Below are positions 21,709 to 30,697 of a DNA stretch of 64,000 nt, one piece after another. A program made the position numbers and the translations under genes. The stretch's first letter is position 1, and every line of letters begins with the position of its first letter. Source of the stretch: an uncultured delta proteobacterium (GTDB taxonomy: Bacteria > Desulfobacterota > Desulfomonilia > UBA1062); the NCBI GenBank assembly GCA_963785235.1, contig CAWAUM010000002.1, positions 192,001 to 256,000 on the forward strand, read 5' to 3'. A model generated the notes under the pieces. The model saw only the letters and a list, made by a program, of their open reading frames with translations, made no database searches and was not told the DNA's origin.

Positions 21709-21821
21709 AAATCCCCACAGGGGTTCCATTTGATATTGATTCTGCGCAATCATTAATCGTTATATCAAATAGCTACGTTAAGCATGGATAAGTTACGAGG
21801 AAACCAGACCTAAATAAAATA

Positions 21822-21836
21822 TGCTGCATTGCAACA
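21822..21836. promoter_or_regulatory. Putative PhaR operator (phasin side)
   Basis: Imperfect palindrome TGCTGCATTGCAACA, 8 nt upstream of a TTGACA -35 box. Confidence 0.6.
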
Positions 21837-21844
21837 ATTACCCC

Positions 21845-21872
21845 TTGACAATCTGTTCTTTGCCACTATTAT
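21845..21872 (+). promoter_or_regulatory. Sigma70-type promoter of the phasin-like operon
   Basis: TTGACA-16 nt-TATTAT. Confidence 0.6.
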
Positions 21873-21903
21873 AGATTAAACAATCAAGATCAAGGAGGTA
21901 ACA

Positions 21904-22161
21904 ATGGAAAACAAGGAACTCGTAAAACAGATGGTTGACCTGCACAAGACATCATTCGACAACAGCTTTAACATGCTCATTACCCTGCAGGACCAGATGG
22001 AAAAGATGGTGAATTCTTTTGTGGAACAAGCGCCATGGCTTCCCGCAGAGGGAAGAAATGCAGTGACCAATCTGGTAAGCACCTATAAAAAGGGGCGCGA
22101 GGATTTCAAGAAGGTTGTTGATGATGGATATAAAAAGGTTGAAGAATATATTGCCAAGTAA
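21904..22161 (+). CDS. Phasin-like small helical protein 1
   Basis: 85 aa, RBS AAGGAGG; paralog of the next two ORFs; PHA context. Confidence 0.75.
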   Translation: MENKELVKQMVDLHKTSFDNSFNMLITLQDQMEKMVNSFVEQAPWLPAEGRNAVTNLVSTYKKGREDFKKVVDDGYKKVEEYIAK

Positions 22162-22193
22162 ACTATAAATAATAATGAAGGAGGCGATATACT

Positions 22194-22466
22194 ATGGATT
22201 ATCAAAAGGATATGGCAAAACAGGTAATTGCGTTTTACAAGACGACTTTTGACAACAGCTTCAACACTATGATCATGCTTCAGGAACAGGCGGAAAAGCT
22301 TATGAAGACGTTTGTGTCACAGGCCCCCGGGATGAACGACGAGGGCAGGAAGGTGCTGGAGCAGTGGATGGGTGTGTATAAGAAAGGACGCGACGATTAC
22401 AAGAAGGCCATGGATGAAGGGTATGCCAAGGTAGAAGATTTTTTCGAAAAATTTGGAAAGAGTTGA
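22194..22466 (+). CDS. Phasin-like small helical protein 2
   Basis: 90 aa, RBS AAGGAGG; shares KQ..F.K..F.NS.N....LQ.Q.EK...YKKGR..K with its paralogs. Confidence 0.75.
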   Translation: MDYQKDMAKQVIAFYKTTFDNSFNTMIMLQEQAEKLMKTFVSQAPGMNDEGRKVLEQWMGVYKKGRDDYKKAMDEGYAKVEDFFEKFGKS

Positions 22467-22517
22467 GTAAAGAACCTGCCCTGCAGGTCACAAAAAGAAA
22501 AAGCAAGGAGAACCGTT

Positions 22518-22808
22518 ATGGACGAGAAAATTATTGTCAAACAGATGCTCGACTTCCACAAAAGTACATTCCAGAACAGTTACAATGCGATGACCATGCT
22601 TCAGGACCAGACCGAAAAGATGCTCAGCGCCTTCTTGAGCCAGGCAAACTGGGTTCCGCAGGACTTCAAGAAGGTTATGGGAGAATGGACCACCTCTTAC
22701 AAAAAAGGCCGCGAAGAATTCAAGAAATCCATCGATGAGAACTTCAAGCGCGTGGACGACTATTTCTCAATTCCAGACAAGCCGCAGACCAAGACGAAGC
22801 AGCATTAG
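22518..22808 (+). CDS. Phasin-like small helical protein 3
   Basis: 96 aa, RBS AAGGAG; same motif pattern. Confidence 0.75.
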   Translation: MDEKIIVKQMLDFHKSTFQNSYNAMTMLQDQTEKMLSAFLSQANWVPQDFKKVMGEWTTSYKKGREEFKKSIDENFKRVDDYFSIPDKPQTKTKQH

Positions 22809-22840
22809 GTTTCCTTGCAGCCTGAAGATCCGGGGGGAAT

Positions 22841-24433
22841 ATGGATGACATCAGTGAAGCTACCGAAAAGGGTCGTGAGTACTATGGGTCTGTTTTCAAG
22901 GAAATTGAAAGGCTCATGGGCATGAGTCTCGCCTTAGGCGAGGCCTCGCAGGAAAAGCTTAAGGCCAGCGGGATATACTTCAATGGCGTGTTCAAGTACC
23001 TCAATGAATTCATGACCCCCTTCTGGATCGCATTGAATTCTTTCAATGCCACCGAGCGCGAGAAGCTCGTCCGCCACACCCCGCAGGACAGCTTACAAGA
23101 TTACCTTGAGCTGCTCCAGTTCAACATCCAGGTGGCGCAAAGAGGCTATGACAGCTCCATGAAGGCCATGACCGATTTTCACATGAACGAGCTCTCCAGG
23201 GCATTCAATGCCTGGCTCAACACCATATTCGATCGGGAAGGGGAAGATATCCAGGCCTTTGTGGAACGACAGGCCAAGCTACTGCAAAAGGTGATCTACG
23301 AATACCCAAAGGCCATCGACGACATCGAACCGGAGTATGGGTTTCATTTCGAGACAGATGGTTATAAGAAGATCGCCGAGACCGATCGCTTTAGTGTCTA
23401 TCAGGTGCTCCCACAAAAAGGCTTCAAGATCAAAACCCTTTCAAAACCAGTCCTCATCATACCGCCTTACGTACTCGGAGCAAACATACTTGGATTTCTT
23501 CCTGGAGAAGGTAAGAGCTATGTGCATGCCTATGCCAACCAGGGGATACCCACTTATGTTCGCGTGCTCAAAGATATCGAGACCACTCCTGCAGTCCAGA
23601 TCATGACCGGTGAAGACGATGCGTTGGATACCAGGTATTTCTGTGAGATCCTTTATAAGAGGCACAATCTGCCTGTAACGCTCAACGGCTTCTGTCAGGG
23701 TGGGTTTGTGGCGGTGCTGGACATCGTTTCAGGCGAGCTCGACGGCCTTGTGGATGCTCTCATCACCTGTGTGGCTCCCATGGACGGCACCAGGAGCAAG
23801 GCATTAATCGAATATCTTGCTCACCTGCCCGGCCGATTCCGCGATCTCGGTTATGCAGTAAAAGACCTGCCCAACGGCAACTCCGTGGTGGACGGCAAGG
23901 TAATGAGCTGGGTGTACAAACTCAAGAGCATGGACAAAGAGGCCCCCATTTATGCCCTGTACCGCGACCTCATGATGTTCGACGATCCGCTGGGAAAGGA
24001 TGTGAGGATAACAAAGACCGCTGCGGCACTGAACCACTGGCTCATCTATGACCGCAAGGACATCCCGGTGGCCATAACGAAAATGAGCTTCGATTCCTAT
24101 ACCGTGCCGGTGGCCGAAGACGGGACCTTACCGGTGAAACTCTTTGGCAGGAAGCTTAATTTTAAAAGGATCACGGAAAAAGGCATCAAGTTCCTTATCT
24201 GCTATGCGGAAAATGATGACCTTGTGGACAAGGAGTCTGCGCGTGCACCACTTGATTATGTGGATGCGGAGGTGACCGTGTTCCCCAAGGGCCACGGCGC
24301 TATTGCAACGACCTGGTCTGCTGTTGAGACGGAGTATGCCATCCACAAGCGCTATGCAAACGGATCGCGTGGGCCGGTGCGGTTCCAGCTTGACCTCGAT
24401 GAAGAGGCCAGAAAGGGGAAATCCCATGGATAA
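22841..24433 (+). CDS. Putative atypical PHA synthase (alpha/beta hydrolase with Cys box and helical N-terminal extension)
   Basis: KPVLIIPPYVLG, NGFCQGG, VAPMD, ENDDLV, GHGAI give a PhaC-like C-D-H triad order; downstream of phasin-like genes. Confidence 0.65.
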   Translation: MDDISEATEKGREYYGSVFKEIERLMGMSLALGEASQEKLKASGIYFNGVFKYLNEFMTPFWIALNSFNATEREKLVRHTPQDSLQDYLELLQFNIQVAQRGYDSSMKAMTDFHMNELSRAFNAWLNTIFDREGEDIQAFVERQAKLLQKVIYEYPKAIDDIEPEYGFHFETDGYKKIAETDRFSVYQVLPQKGFKIKTLSKPVLIIPPYVLGANILGFLPGEGKSYVHAYANQGIPTYVRVLKDIETTPAVQIMTGEDDALDTRYFCEILYKRHNLPVTLNGFCQGGFVAVLDIVSGELDGLVDALITCVAPMDGTRSKALIEYLAHLPGRFRDLGYAVKDLPNGNSVVDGKVMSWVYKLKSMDKEAPIYALYRDLMMFDDPLGKDVRITKTAAALNHWLIYDRKDIPVAITKMSFDSYTVPVAEDGTLPVKLFGRKLNFKRITEKGIKFLICYAENDDLVDKESARAPLDYVDAEVTVFPKGHGAIATTWSAVETEYAIHKRYANGSRGPVRFQLDLDEEARKGKSHG

Positions 24434-25032
24434 GCAATTTTTAGAGTTCTGGGGCAATATGATGCTCTCCTCAGCCAAAGGCCAGCAGCAGCTTGACGAC
24501 ATCATGAAGTGGTTCTCCGGCAATTTCACTGAATTCAAAGACATCACTTCGGCCTTCTGCAAGATGTACGGTATAGATCCGGAGGCACAAAAGGCACCTG
24601 GAAACCTTACTATATGGCAGAAGGCCTTTGACGAGTTCCAGAAATCCTTTGGCGAACTTGCCATCATGATGGACCTGGTGCCCAGGAAGGACTACATCGC
24701 CCTGTCCCGGGAAAACCAGGATCTGAAGAAACGCCTTTCCGAACTGGAAGAAGGGATAGCCCACCAGAGGGCGCTCCTGGCGGAAAAGGCCATTGCTTCT
24801 TCACGGCGAGGGGCTCAAGGGTTTCCAGGAGCTCATAAATGAGCAGGCAAAGCAGTATCAGGATTTCATGAATAACATTGGCAATGTCTTCGGAGAGAAA
24901 CCTTCCTCGCCTGAGGCTCGACCCGCTGCAGCAGCTGCCAAGCCCAAGCCTGCCGCCCCTGAACAGAGTAAGGTAAAACCCAAGGACAAGGTTGCAACAA
25001 AAACAGCCCCGAAAGCCGCTAAGAAAAAGTGA
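24426..25032 (+). CDS. Coiled-coil PHA-granule-associated protein (PhaE/PhaF-like) with A/K/P-rich tail; frameshifted near 24800
   Basis: ATG at 24426 overlaps the upstream stop; VPRKDY..L..EN..LKKRLSELEE coiled coil; tail AAAAAKPKPAAP..KAAKKK in ORF 24793..25032. Confidence 0.6.
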
Positions 25033-25220
25033 CCCTTGAATTACTTTTCATATACCGGAAGGCTTTTGGCGTTATATGCTTTCTAAGCTCTACCTTTCAG
25101 AGCCGGACTATTGCAATCGATTTTGTCTCGTCGCCAACAATCAATAGTCTCACCTGGACCCCTTGACTCTGTTCTGATGAATATTAACTATGTAAGGCAT
25201 CGCAATAAAGGAGGCTGATT

Positions 25221-25631
25221 ATGGAAAGCTCATGGGAAGCCCGATCGGAAAAGATGCGCAGGTTCTTTGACAAGACCATTGAAACAGGTACCTGGGCCGG
25301 GATCGTTCTATCACGCATGTTTAAGGAAGTCATGCCTTCCCCGATAAGAAGAAGCTTGGAGCATTTTCATCAGCATATAGATGACAGAAGGTATGATAGA
25401 AGGCTTAAGCTGAAAAAAACCATAACCGGCTTCAGTGATGGAAAGATGTTGAAGGACATACACCTTATCAACATCAGCAAGGGTGGTATGTATGTTGAGG
25501 TAGAGTCCCCCTTGGAGGTTGGACCGGAAGTGTCCTTCAATCTTTCAGGGAAAAATCTCGGGCCTATTATGCGGGTTAGGGGACGGGTTATGCGAAGGGC
25601 AGAAAGGGGAATGGCCATACAATTCTCTTGA
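25221..25631 (+). CDS. PilZ-domain protein
   Basis: RRYDR (RxxxR) and NISKGG (D/NxSxxG) c-di-GMP motifs; RBS AAGGAGG. Confidence 0.85.
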   Translation: MESSWEARSEKMRRFFDKTIETGTWAGIVLSRMFKEVMPSPIRRSLEHFHQHIDDRRYDRRLKLKKTITGFSDGKMLKDIHLINISKGGMYVEVESPLEVGPEVSFNLSGKNLGPIMRVRGRVMRRAERGMAIQFS

Positions 25632-25747
25632 AAGATACCTTCTTTCCTTTTCAACAGCGACACCTGCTAAGGGACGGGCCTCCACAGACAAGACTCGCCT
25701 GCGTTTGTCCTTTCGATGCAATTAAACCCTGAGGCCTCGTTGTTTCT

Positions 25748-28528
25748 CTATAGACCGATCTTTTTCCTATACCGGCCAATGCTTGAAAACAATACGAGCA
25801 TGAGTAGGCTGACAGCCCACACACCCTGTGATGAAGAATGATGAAGGGATGTATCGATAAAGCATTCGTTCTTGCTGTTTTTATCTGTGCTTATATCTTC
25901 ATTTACCTGTTGAATCTCATCTGCTCCGATACCGCCTGGATCAATGATAATCCCATTGGCAACTCCATCGGTATCGCCGTAATCCGGATCTCCATCTTTT
26001 AACTGTATCGTCACTTTCATCCGATCTTCACTGAAGGCAAAATGCGGGTACATCTTCCACCCGTTAGTCTCATCATAAGTATACCACTTTGCACCTTGAG
26101 GAGCCGGATCGGATAGATTTATAACCACCTCGGCAAAATCACCGGGTGTAGCTACCTCTACCTTAAAGTCAATCAGTCCGATCGGGAGAGCCCCTGGCTT
26201 CCCTGCTGTATCATGGATCGATGTAGGATCAATTGATTTAAAAGATCGTATAGCCTTGCAGTTTGTAGACATCTTAAGACTTACATATTCTTCTCCTGGA
26301 GAGGTAATCAGGGCTTTCATATTTTCCTGATCACGGTCATAAACCCCATCTGAATCTAAATCCACATCTTCACCTAAGAGCAGTTCCTGCTCATCGGGTA
26401 TCCCATTCTTATTGAGATCTGCCGGATCGATTTGCACTGTCTCGAATGCCACCGGGTCCGACCACTGGGTGCCATTGTTTTGATCGTCATAGAATTTTAC
26501 CCTGCAGTAATGTTTCATGCCGGCATCAAGAATCAGTTCGGGAACAACCAACTCGGTACGTTGCGTAGCACTCTTCAGATTGAGGAGAACATCACCTTTA
26601 TCATTGCTGATCTCCCACTCTGTCAGTCCGTAGTTATTGGCGAGGGCAGTCGTTTTCAGGACAGGTGTCAGCGAGACCTCGACTGCGTTGTTTTCCGGAG
26701 CGATGATTACCGGTGTTATGAGGGTGGTTTCTGGCTGGTCCTTGGTCGATACGCTCTCTTTCGGGGGAGTGTTCTCTTTCGGAGGGGTGTTCTCTTTGAC
26801 CTGGAGCGAACAGGTGGTAGGGGACTTCATCCAATTTTCTGCTGAGTCCTTGAAAAGGACATACACCGTCTTTTTCCCAGTCCCACTTGAGAGCGTCCAA
26901 GCATAGCTGGTGGTAAAGACAATTTCAGTGGTGTAGCTCACTCCGTCATTACTGATCCTCATCCCTGTCACTGTTCCGCCTGCATCGCTGGCGCTCAGCG
27001 TGAGCGTCACCGCATTGGTCGTGCTTGTCGCTGCCCCTGAGTTGATCACCACGCTCCCTGTCGGGGCAGTGGTATCCGTGACCTGGATCGTGTCCGTGGC
27101 CGGGGTCCTCATCCAGTTCCCTGCTGAATCCTTGAAAAGGACATACACCGTCTTATTACCGTAGCCGCTTGACAGCGTCCACGTTCGGCTGGTGCTATAG
27201 GCAACTTCACTGCCGTAGCTCACTCCGTCATTGCTGATCCTCATCCCTGTCACTGTTCCGCCTGCATCGCTGGCGCTCAGCCTGAGCGTTACCGCATTGG
27301 TCGTGCTTGTCGCTGCCCCTGAGTTGATCACCACGCTCCCTGTCGGGGCAGTGGTATCCGTGACCTGGATCGTGTCCGTGGCCGGGGTCCTCATCCAGTT
27401 TCCTGCCGAGTCCTTGAAAAGGACATACACCGTCTTATTACCGTAGCCGCTTGACAGCGTCCACGTTCGGCTGGTGCTATAGGCAACTTCACTGCCGTAG
27501 CTCACTCCGTCATTGCTGATCCTCATCCCTGTCACTGTTCCGCCTGCATCGCTGGCGCTCAGCCTGAGCGTTACCGCATTGGTCGTGCTTGTCGCTGCTC
27601 CTGAGTTGATCACCACGCTCCCTGTGGGGGCTGTGGTATCCGTGACCTGGATCGTGTCCGTGGCCGGGGTCCTCATCCAGTTTCCTGCCGAGTCCTTGAA
27701 AAGGACATACACCGTCTTATTACCGTAGCCGCTTGACAGCGTCCACGTTCGGCTGGTGCTATAGGCAACTTCACTGCCGTAGCTCACACCGTCATTGCTG
27801 ATCCTCATCCCTGTCACTGTTCCGCCTGCATCGCTGGCGCTCAGCCTGAGCGTTACCGCATTGGTCGTGCTTGTCGCTGCTCCTGAGTTGATCACCACGC
27901 TCCCTGTGGGGGCTGTGGTATCCGTGACCTGGATCGTGTCCGTGGCCGGGGTCCTCATCCAGTTTCCTGCCGAGTCCTTGAAAAGGACATACACCGTCTT
28001 ATTACCGTAGCCGCTTGACAGCGTCCACGTTCGGCTGGTGCTATAGGCAACTTCACTGCCGTAGCTCACTCCGTCATTGCTGATCCTCATCCCTGTCACT
28101 GTTCCGCCTGCATCGCTGGCGCTCAGCCTGAGCGTTACCGCATTGGTCGTGCTTGTCGCTGCCCCTGAGTTAATCACCACGCTCCCTGTGGGGGCTGTGG
28201 TATCCGTAGTAGCTGGCACAATAACCGGAATATAAGCGCTTTGCTCCGTTGATTTGCTCGACTCGTTCCCGGAGTTATCATATGAAGCCACCGTAACATA
28301 GTAGGTTGATCCGCTCTGTACATTGCTGATCGAATAACTCGTTGCCATTTGTACATCTGCAACAGTCTCATATGTTCTCGATTGAGTGCCGTAGTACACC
28401 TTGTAACCGGCCAGATCGGCATCGGTATTCGCCTGCCATGTAATGAGCAGAGAAGCCGCAGTGCAAAGAGGAGGGAAAAGCGCTATGAAGGTAATAACCA
28501 GAACCCCTATATTTCGAAAACGCCTCAT
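25748..28528 (-). CDS. Surface protein: signal peptide, FN3, five Ig-like repeats, choice-of-anchor-U-like domain, CFI + TM + basic C-terminal anchor
   Basis: ATG at 28528 with RBS GGAG; W.AN...DLAGYKVYYG..YYVTVASYD.SGNES (FN3); ..DGDPDYGDTDGVANGIIIDPGG; ECFI..TM..RYRKK. Confidence 0.85.
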   Translation of the reverse strand: MRRFRNIGVLVITFIALFPPLCTAASLLITWQANTDADLAGYKVYYGTQSRTYETVADVQMATSYSISNVQSGSTYYVTVASYDNSGNESSKSTEQSAYIPVIVPATTDTTAPTGSVVINSGAATSTTNAVTLRLSASDAGGTVTGMRISNDGVSYGSEVAYSTSRTWTLSSGYGNKTVYVLFKDSAGNWMRTPATDTIQVTDTTAPTGSVVINSGAATSTTNAVTLRLSASDAGGTVTGMRISNDGVSYGSEVAYSTSRTWTLSSGYGNKTVYVLFKDSAGNWMRTPATDTIQVTDTTAPTGSVVINSGAATSTTNAVTLRLSASDAGGTVTGMRISNDGVSYGSEVAYSTSRTWTLSSGYGNKTVYVLFKDSAGNWMRTPATDTIQVTDTTAPTGSVVINSGAATSTTNAVTLRLSASDAGGTVTGMRISNDGVSYGSEVAYSTSRTWTLSSGYGNKTVYVLFKDSAGNWMRTPATDTIQVTDTTAPTGSVVINSGAATSTTNAVTLTLSASDAGGTVTGMRISNDGVSYTTEIVFTTSYAWTLSSGTGKKTVYVLFKDSAENWMKSPTTCSLQVKENTPPKENTPPKESVSTKDQPETTLITPVIIAPENNAVEVSLTPVLKTTALANNYGLTEWEISNDKGDVLLNLKSATQRTELVVPELILDAGMKHYCRVKFYDDQNNGTQWSDPVAFETVQIDPADLNKNGIPDEQELLLGEDVDLDSDGVYDRDQENMKALITSPGEEYVSLKMSTNCKAIRSFKSIDPTSIHDTAGKPGALPIGLIDFKVEVATPGDFAEVVINLSDPAPQGAKWYTYDETNGWKMYPHFAFSEDRMKVTIQLKDGDPDYGDTDGVANGIIIDPGGIGADEIQQVNEDISTDKNSKNECFIDTSLHHSSSQGVWAVSLLMLVLFSSIGRYRKKIGL
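26798..28207. repeat. Tandem repeat, 5 x 282 bp (94 aa), intragenic
   Basis: Identical antisense ORFs at 27231, 27513 and 27795 (period 282); four units encode identical protein and the last diverges in its 3' half. Confidence 0.97.
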
Positions 28529-28578
28529 AATAATAACTCCAATCCAGTAGTTCCAATGCAGCACTTTTGAAAACAAAA

Positions 28579-28594
28579 AGCAAAAACCAGGCCA
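28579..28594 (-). promoter_or_regulatory. Sigma54 (-24/-12) promoter
   Basis: Minus strand TGGCCTGGTTTTTGCT has GG-N10-GC spacing, ~50 nt upstream of the ATG. Confidence 0.75.
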
Positions 28595-28612
28595 TATTTA
28601 TTTCTGTTTCTT

Positions 28613-28625
28613 AATCAAAGAGTTA
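28613..28625 (+). promoter_or_regulatory. IHF binding site
   Basis: AATCAAAGAGTTA matches WATCAANNNNTTR, just upstream of the sigma54 promoter. Confidence 0.6.
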
Positions 28626-29216
28626 CATTTCGCTTTTTGAAGATTTTGTTACATTATCGTACATAGGCCTGATATTTTTGTAACCGGTCCCCTTTCCCGG
28701 AATGACTTAATGTTGTTTCTTTTTTCCATTTTATTAATTAATTATTAATATTATTGCATTAATTGTTAGTGCTGTAGGCCAGGACCATTTTGAGGACACC
28801 CTAGTTATGGTTTGCCTCTCTTATGAATAACGTCAAGATGCCGCCTAAATACCGTCAAAAAATGAACTTCTGCTGGAAAACTGGTATGGTTGTGATTCAT
28901 GCGGAGGGTATCTTGTAGGCCACACCTTGAAAACTATACCGGTAAGCGGATATTCAATCAATTTCCTGTAATATATTTGATTTATTTACACTAATCATTC
29001 TATATTATATTATATATATATATTATAAAACAATACTATTTATTATAGTCTTTTATCGATTTATATTAATTTTATTATTAGTAACATTTTGTTGGCTGTA
29101 TTCATTTTACTATGCTAATTTTCTAGAAAATTACATATTATAAATAAATGGATCATAAAAAAGCAATGCTTGACCCCTGGGATTTCCAGGGATAAACCAA
29201 TGAATGGAAAGGCTCT

Positions 29217-29732
29217 ATGGAGGTAAATGGGATGAACGGGAAAAGGGTAAATGAAAGCATGGTGCTGATGGCCCAGCTTATGACCCCGGAAGACGCCAAT
29301 CCGGCAGGGAATGTCCACGGCGGGGTCATTATGAAGCTCATCGATAATGCCGGAGGAACAGTGGCTGCAAGGCATGCCCGAAACAATGTGGTAACAGCAT
29401 CCATAGACCGCCTTAGTTTCCACAAACCGGTCTATATCGGGAATCTCATTACGCTAAAGGCCTGCTTAAACTTGGCCGGCTCAACATCCATGGAGGTGGG
29501 AGTACGTGTAGAGGCTGAAAATCTTCTTACAGGAGAGGTGTGGCATACGGCATCGGCCTACCTTACCTATGTTGCCCTGGATTCCAATTCCATACCCATG
29601 GAGATTCCACCCCTGATTGTGGAGAATAGCGAGCAGACACGGCGTTACCAGGAGGCCAATGCCCGCAGAGAACTGAGGCAGCTCGAAAGGCAGCGTGAGG
29701 CTCTTCGCCAGAAGGATGAGGGGAAGGGATAA
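29217..29732 (+). CDS. Acyl-CoA thioesterase (hotdog fold, YciA-like)
   Basis: PEDANPAGNVHGG..KLID, VVTASID, GSTSMEVGV, AYLTYVALD. Confidence 0.92.
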   Translation: MEVNGMNGKRVNESMVLMAQLMTPEDANPAGNVHGGVIMKLIDNAGGTVAARHARNNVVTASIDRLSFHKPVYIGNLITLKACLNLAGSTSMEVGVRVEAENLLTGEVWHTASAYLTYVALDSNSIPMEIPPLIVENSEQTRRYQEANARRELRQLERQREALRQKDEGKG

Positions 29733-30630
29733 AGGGTAGGCAAGTGTTTTTCATGGAATAATAGGTAGACCTGGTTCTCTGAGGCTATCTTAACTCTAAT
29801 TAGATCCGAACACTCCAACCAAAGAAAGATAATTTTAGTAATATCTTTTTTTATTTTTATTACGATTAAGATTAACTTCTCATTCCGCTTGAGTGCATCT
29901 GGCTTACACGACTTAATTCGATAATCACATCAGTCACTGTTCTTTTTTATTCGCAACTATCTAATATCAAACATACCTGATAATAAATTAATATTATCTG
30001 GTAATAAGATTTTTATTCGAAGAATTATCATCTTGTCTTATTAGCTATTAATATATTTGTCATTAAAGATATATAAGGCAGTTAATATTTAATATATTAT
30101 TTATTTCTAACAAACATCTGTACATGTTCGACTTGTAGACCTTCCTTCTAGGATTACGATGCTCCGTACGTTACTCAGATTGTTAAAATTAAGAACTTGT
30201 TGCTAAAAGGCAACATCCAAAAAATCTCAATGTGGTATCCCTCAAGAATCCCAAAGATTAACAGAAGACCCCCCCTTTCGGCAGTAGTAAAAAATAACAG
30301 CCCTCTGATTTAGCCGCCATTAAAAATATTAGAGCGTCCGGGGTAGTTGGTATGCCTCAGGAACAAGCCGGGCAAAATAAGCAAATTATTTAAAAAAACA
30401 GATGCCTCCCATTAGAAGGAGAGCTCTTAATCATCGGCCTACTAAATACGGATGCCCCAGGAACAGGCAGTCAAATCCTTTTTAAAAAACATACATGAAA
30501 TTACTCCAGGCATTCTTTCCTTGGGGACGTTATGACTAGTCTCTGAAAAAGCGTCACAACAACTCCCGGGTGGGGACTAAGGACTCTTGCTGCGGCAATG
30601 AGAATGAAGCAACGTCATAGTCTAAGGTTT

Positions 30631-30670
30631 AAAAAATACCCGGCCTCCTTCCGGAGACCGGGTATTTTTT
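30631..30670. terminator. Bidirectional intrinsic terminator after gyrA
   Basis: AAAAAATACCCGGCCTCC-TTCC-GGAGACCGGGTATTTTTT. Confidence 0.85.
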
Positions 30671-30697
30671 AGGTATTCTCGTAATGAGACGCCTGCT

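Noticed and set aside
26798-28207. Long repeat array as a CRISPR or mobile element
   Set aside because: Units are 282 bp, contiguous, in frame and without spacers; this is a protein domain repeat
28770-28822. c-di-GMP-I riboswitch-like GGCAAACC...GGCCTACA on the minus strand
   Set aside because: Lacks the GAAA tetraloop, GACGCAAA and the closing stem, and lies upstream of the predicted sigma54 start site
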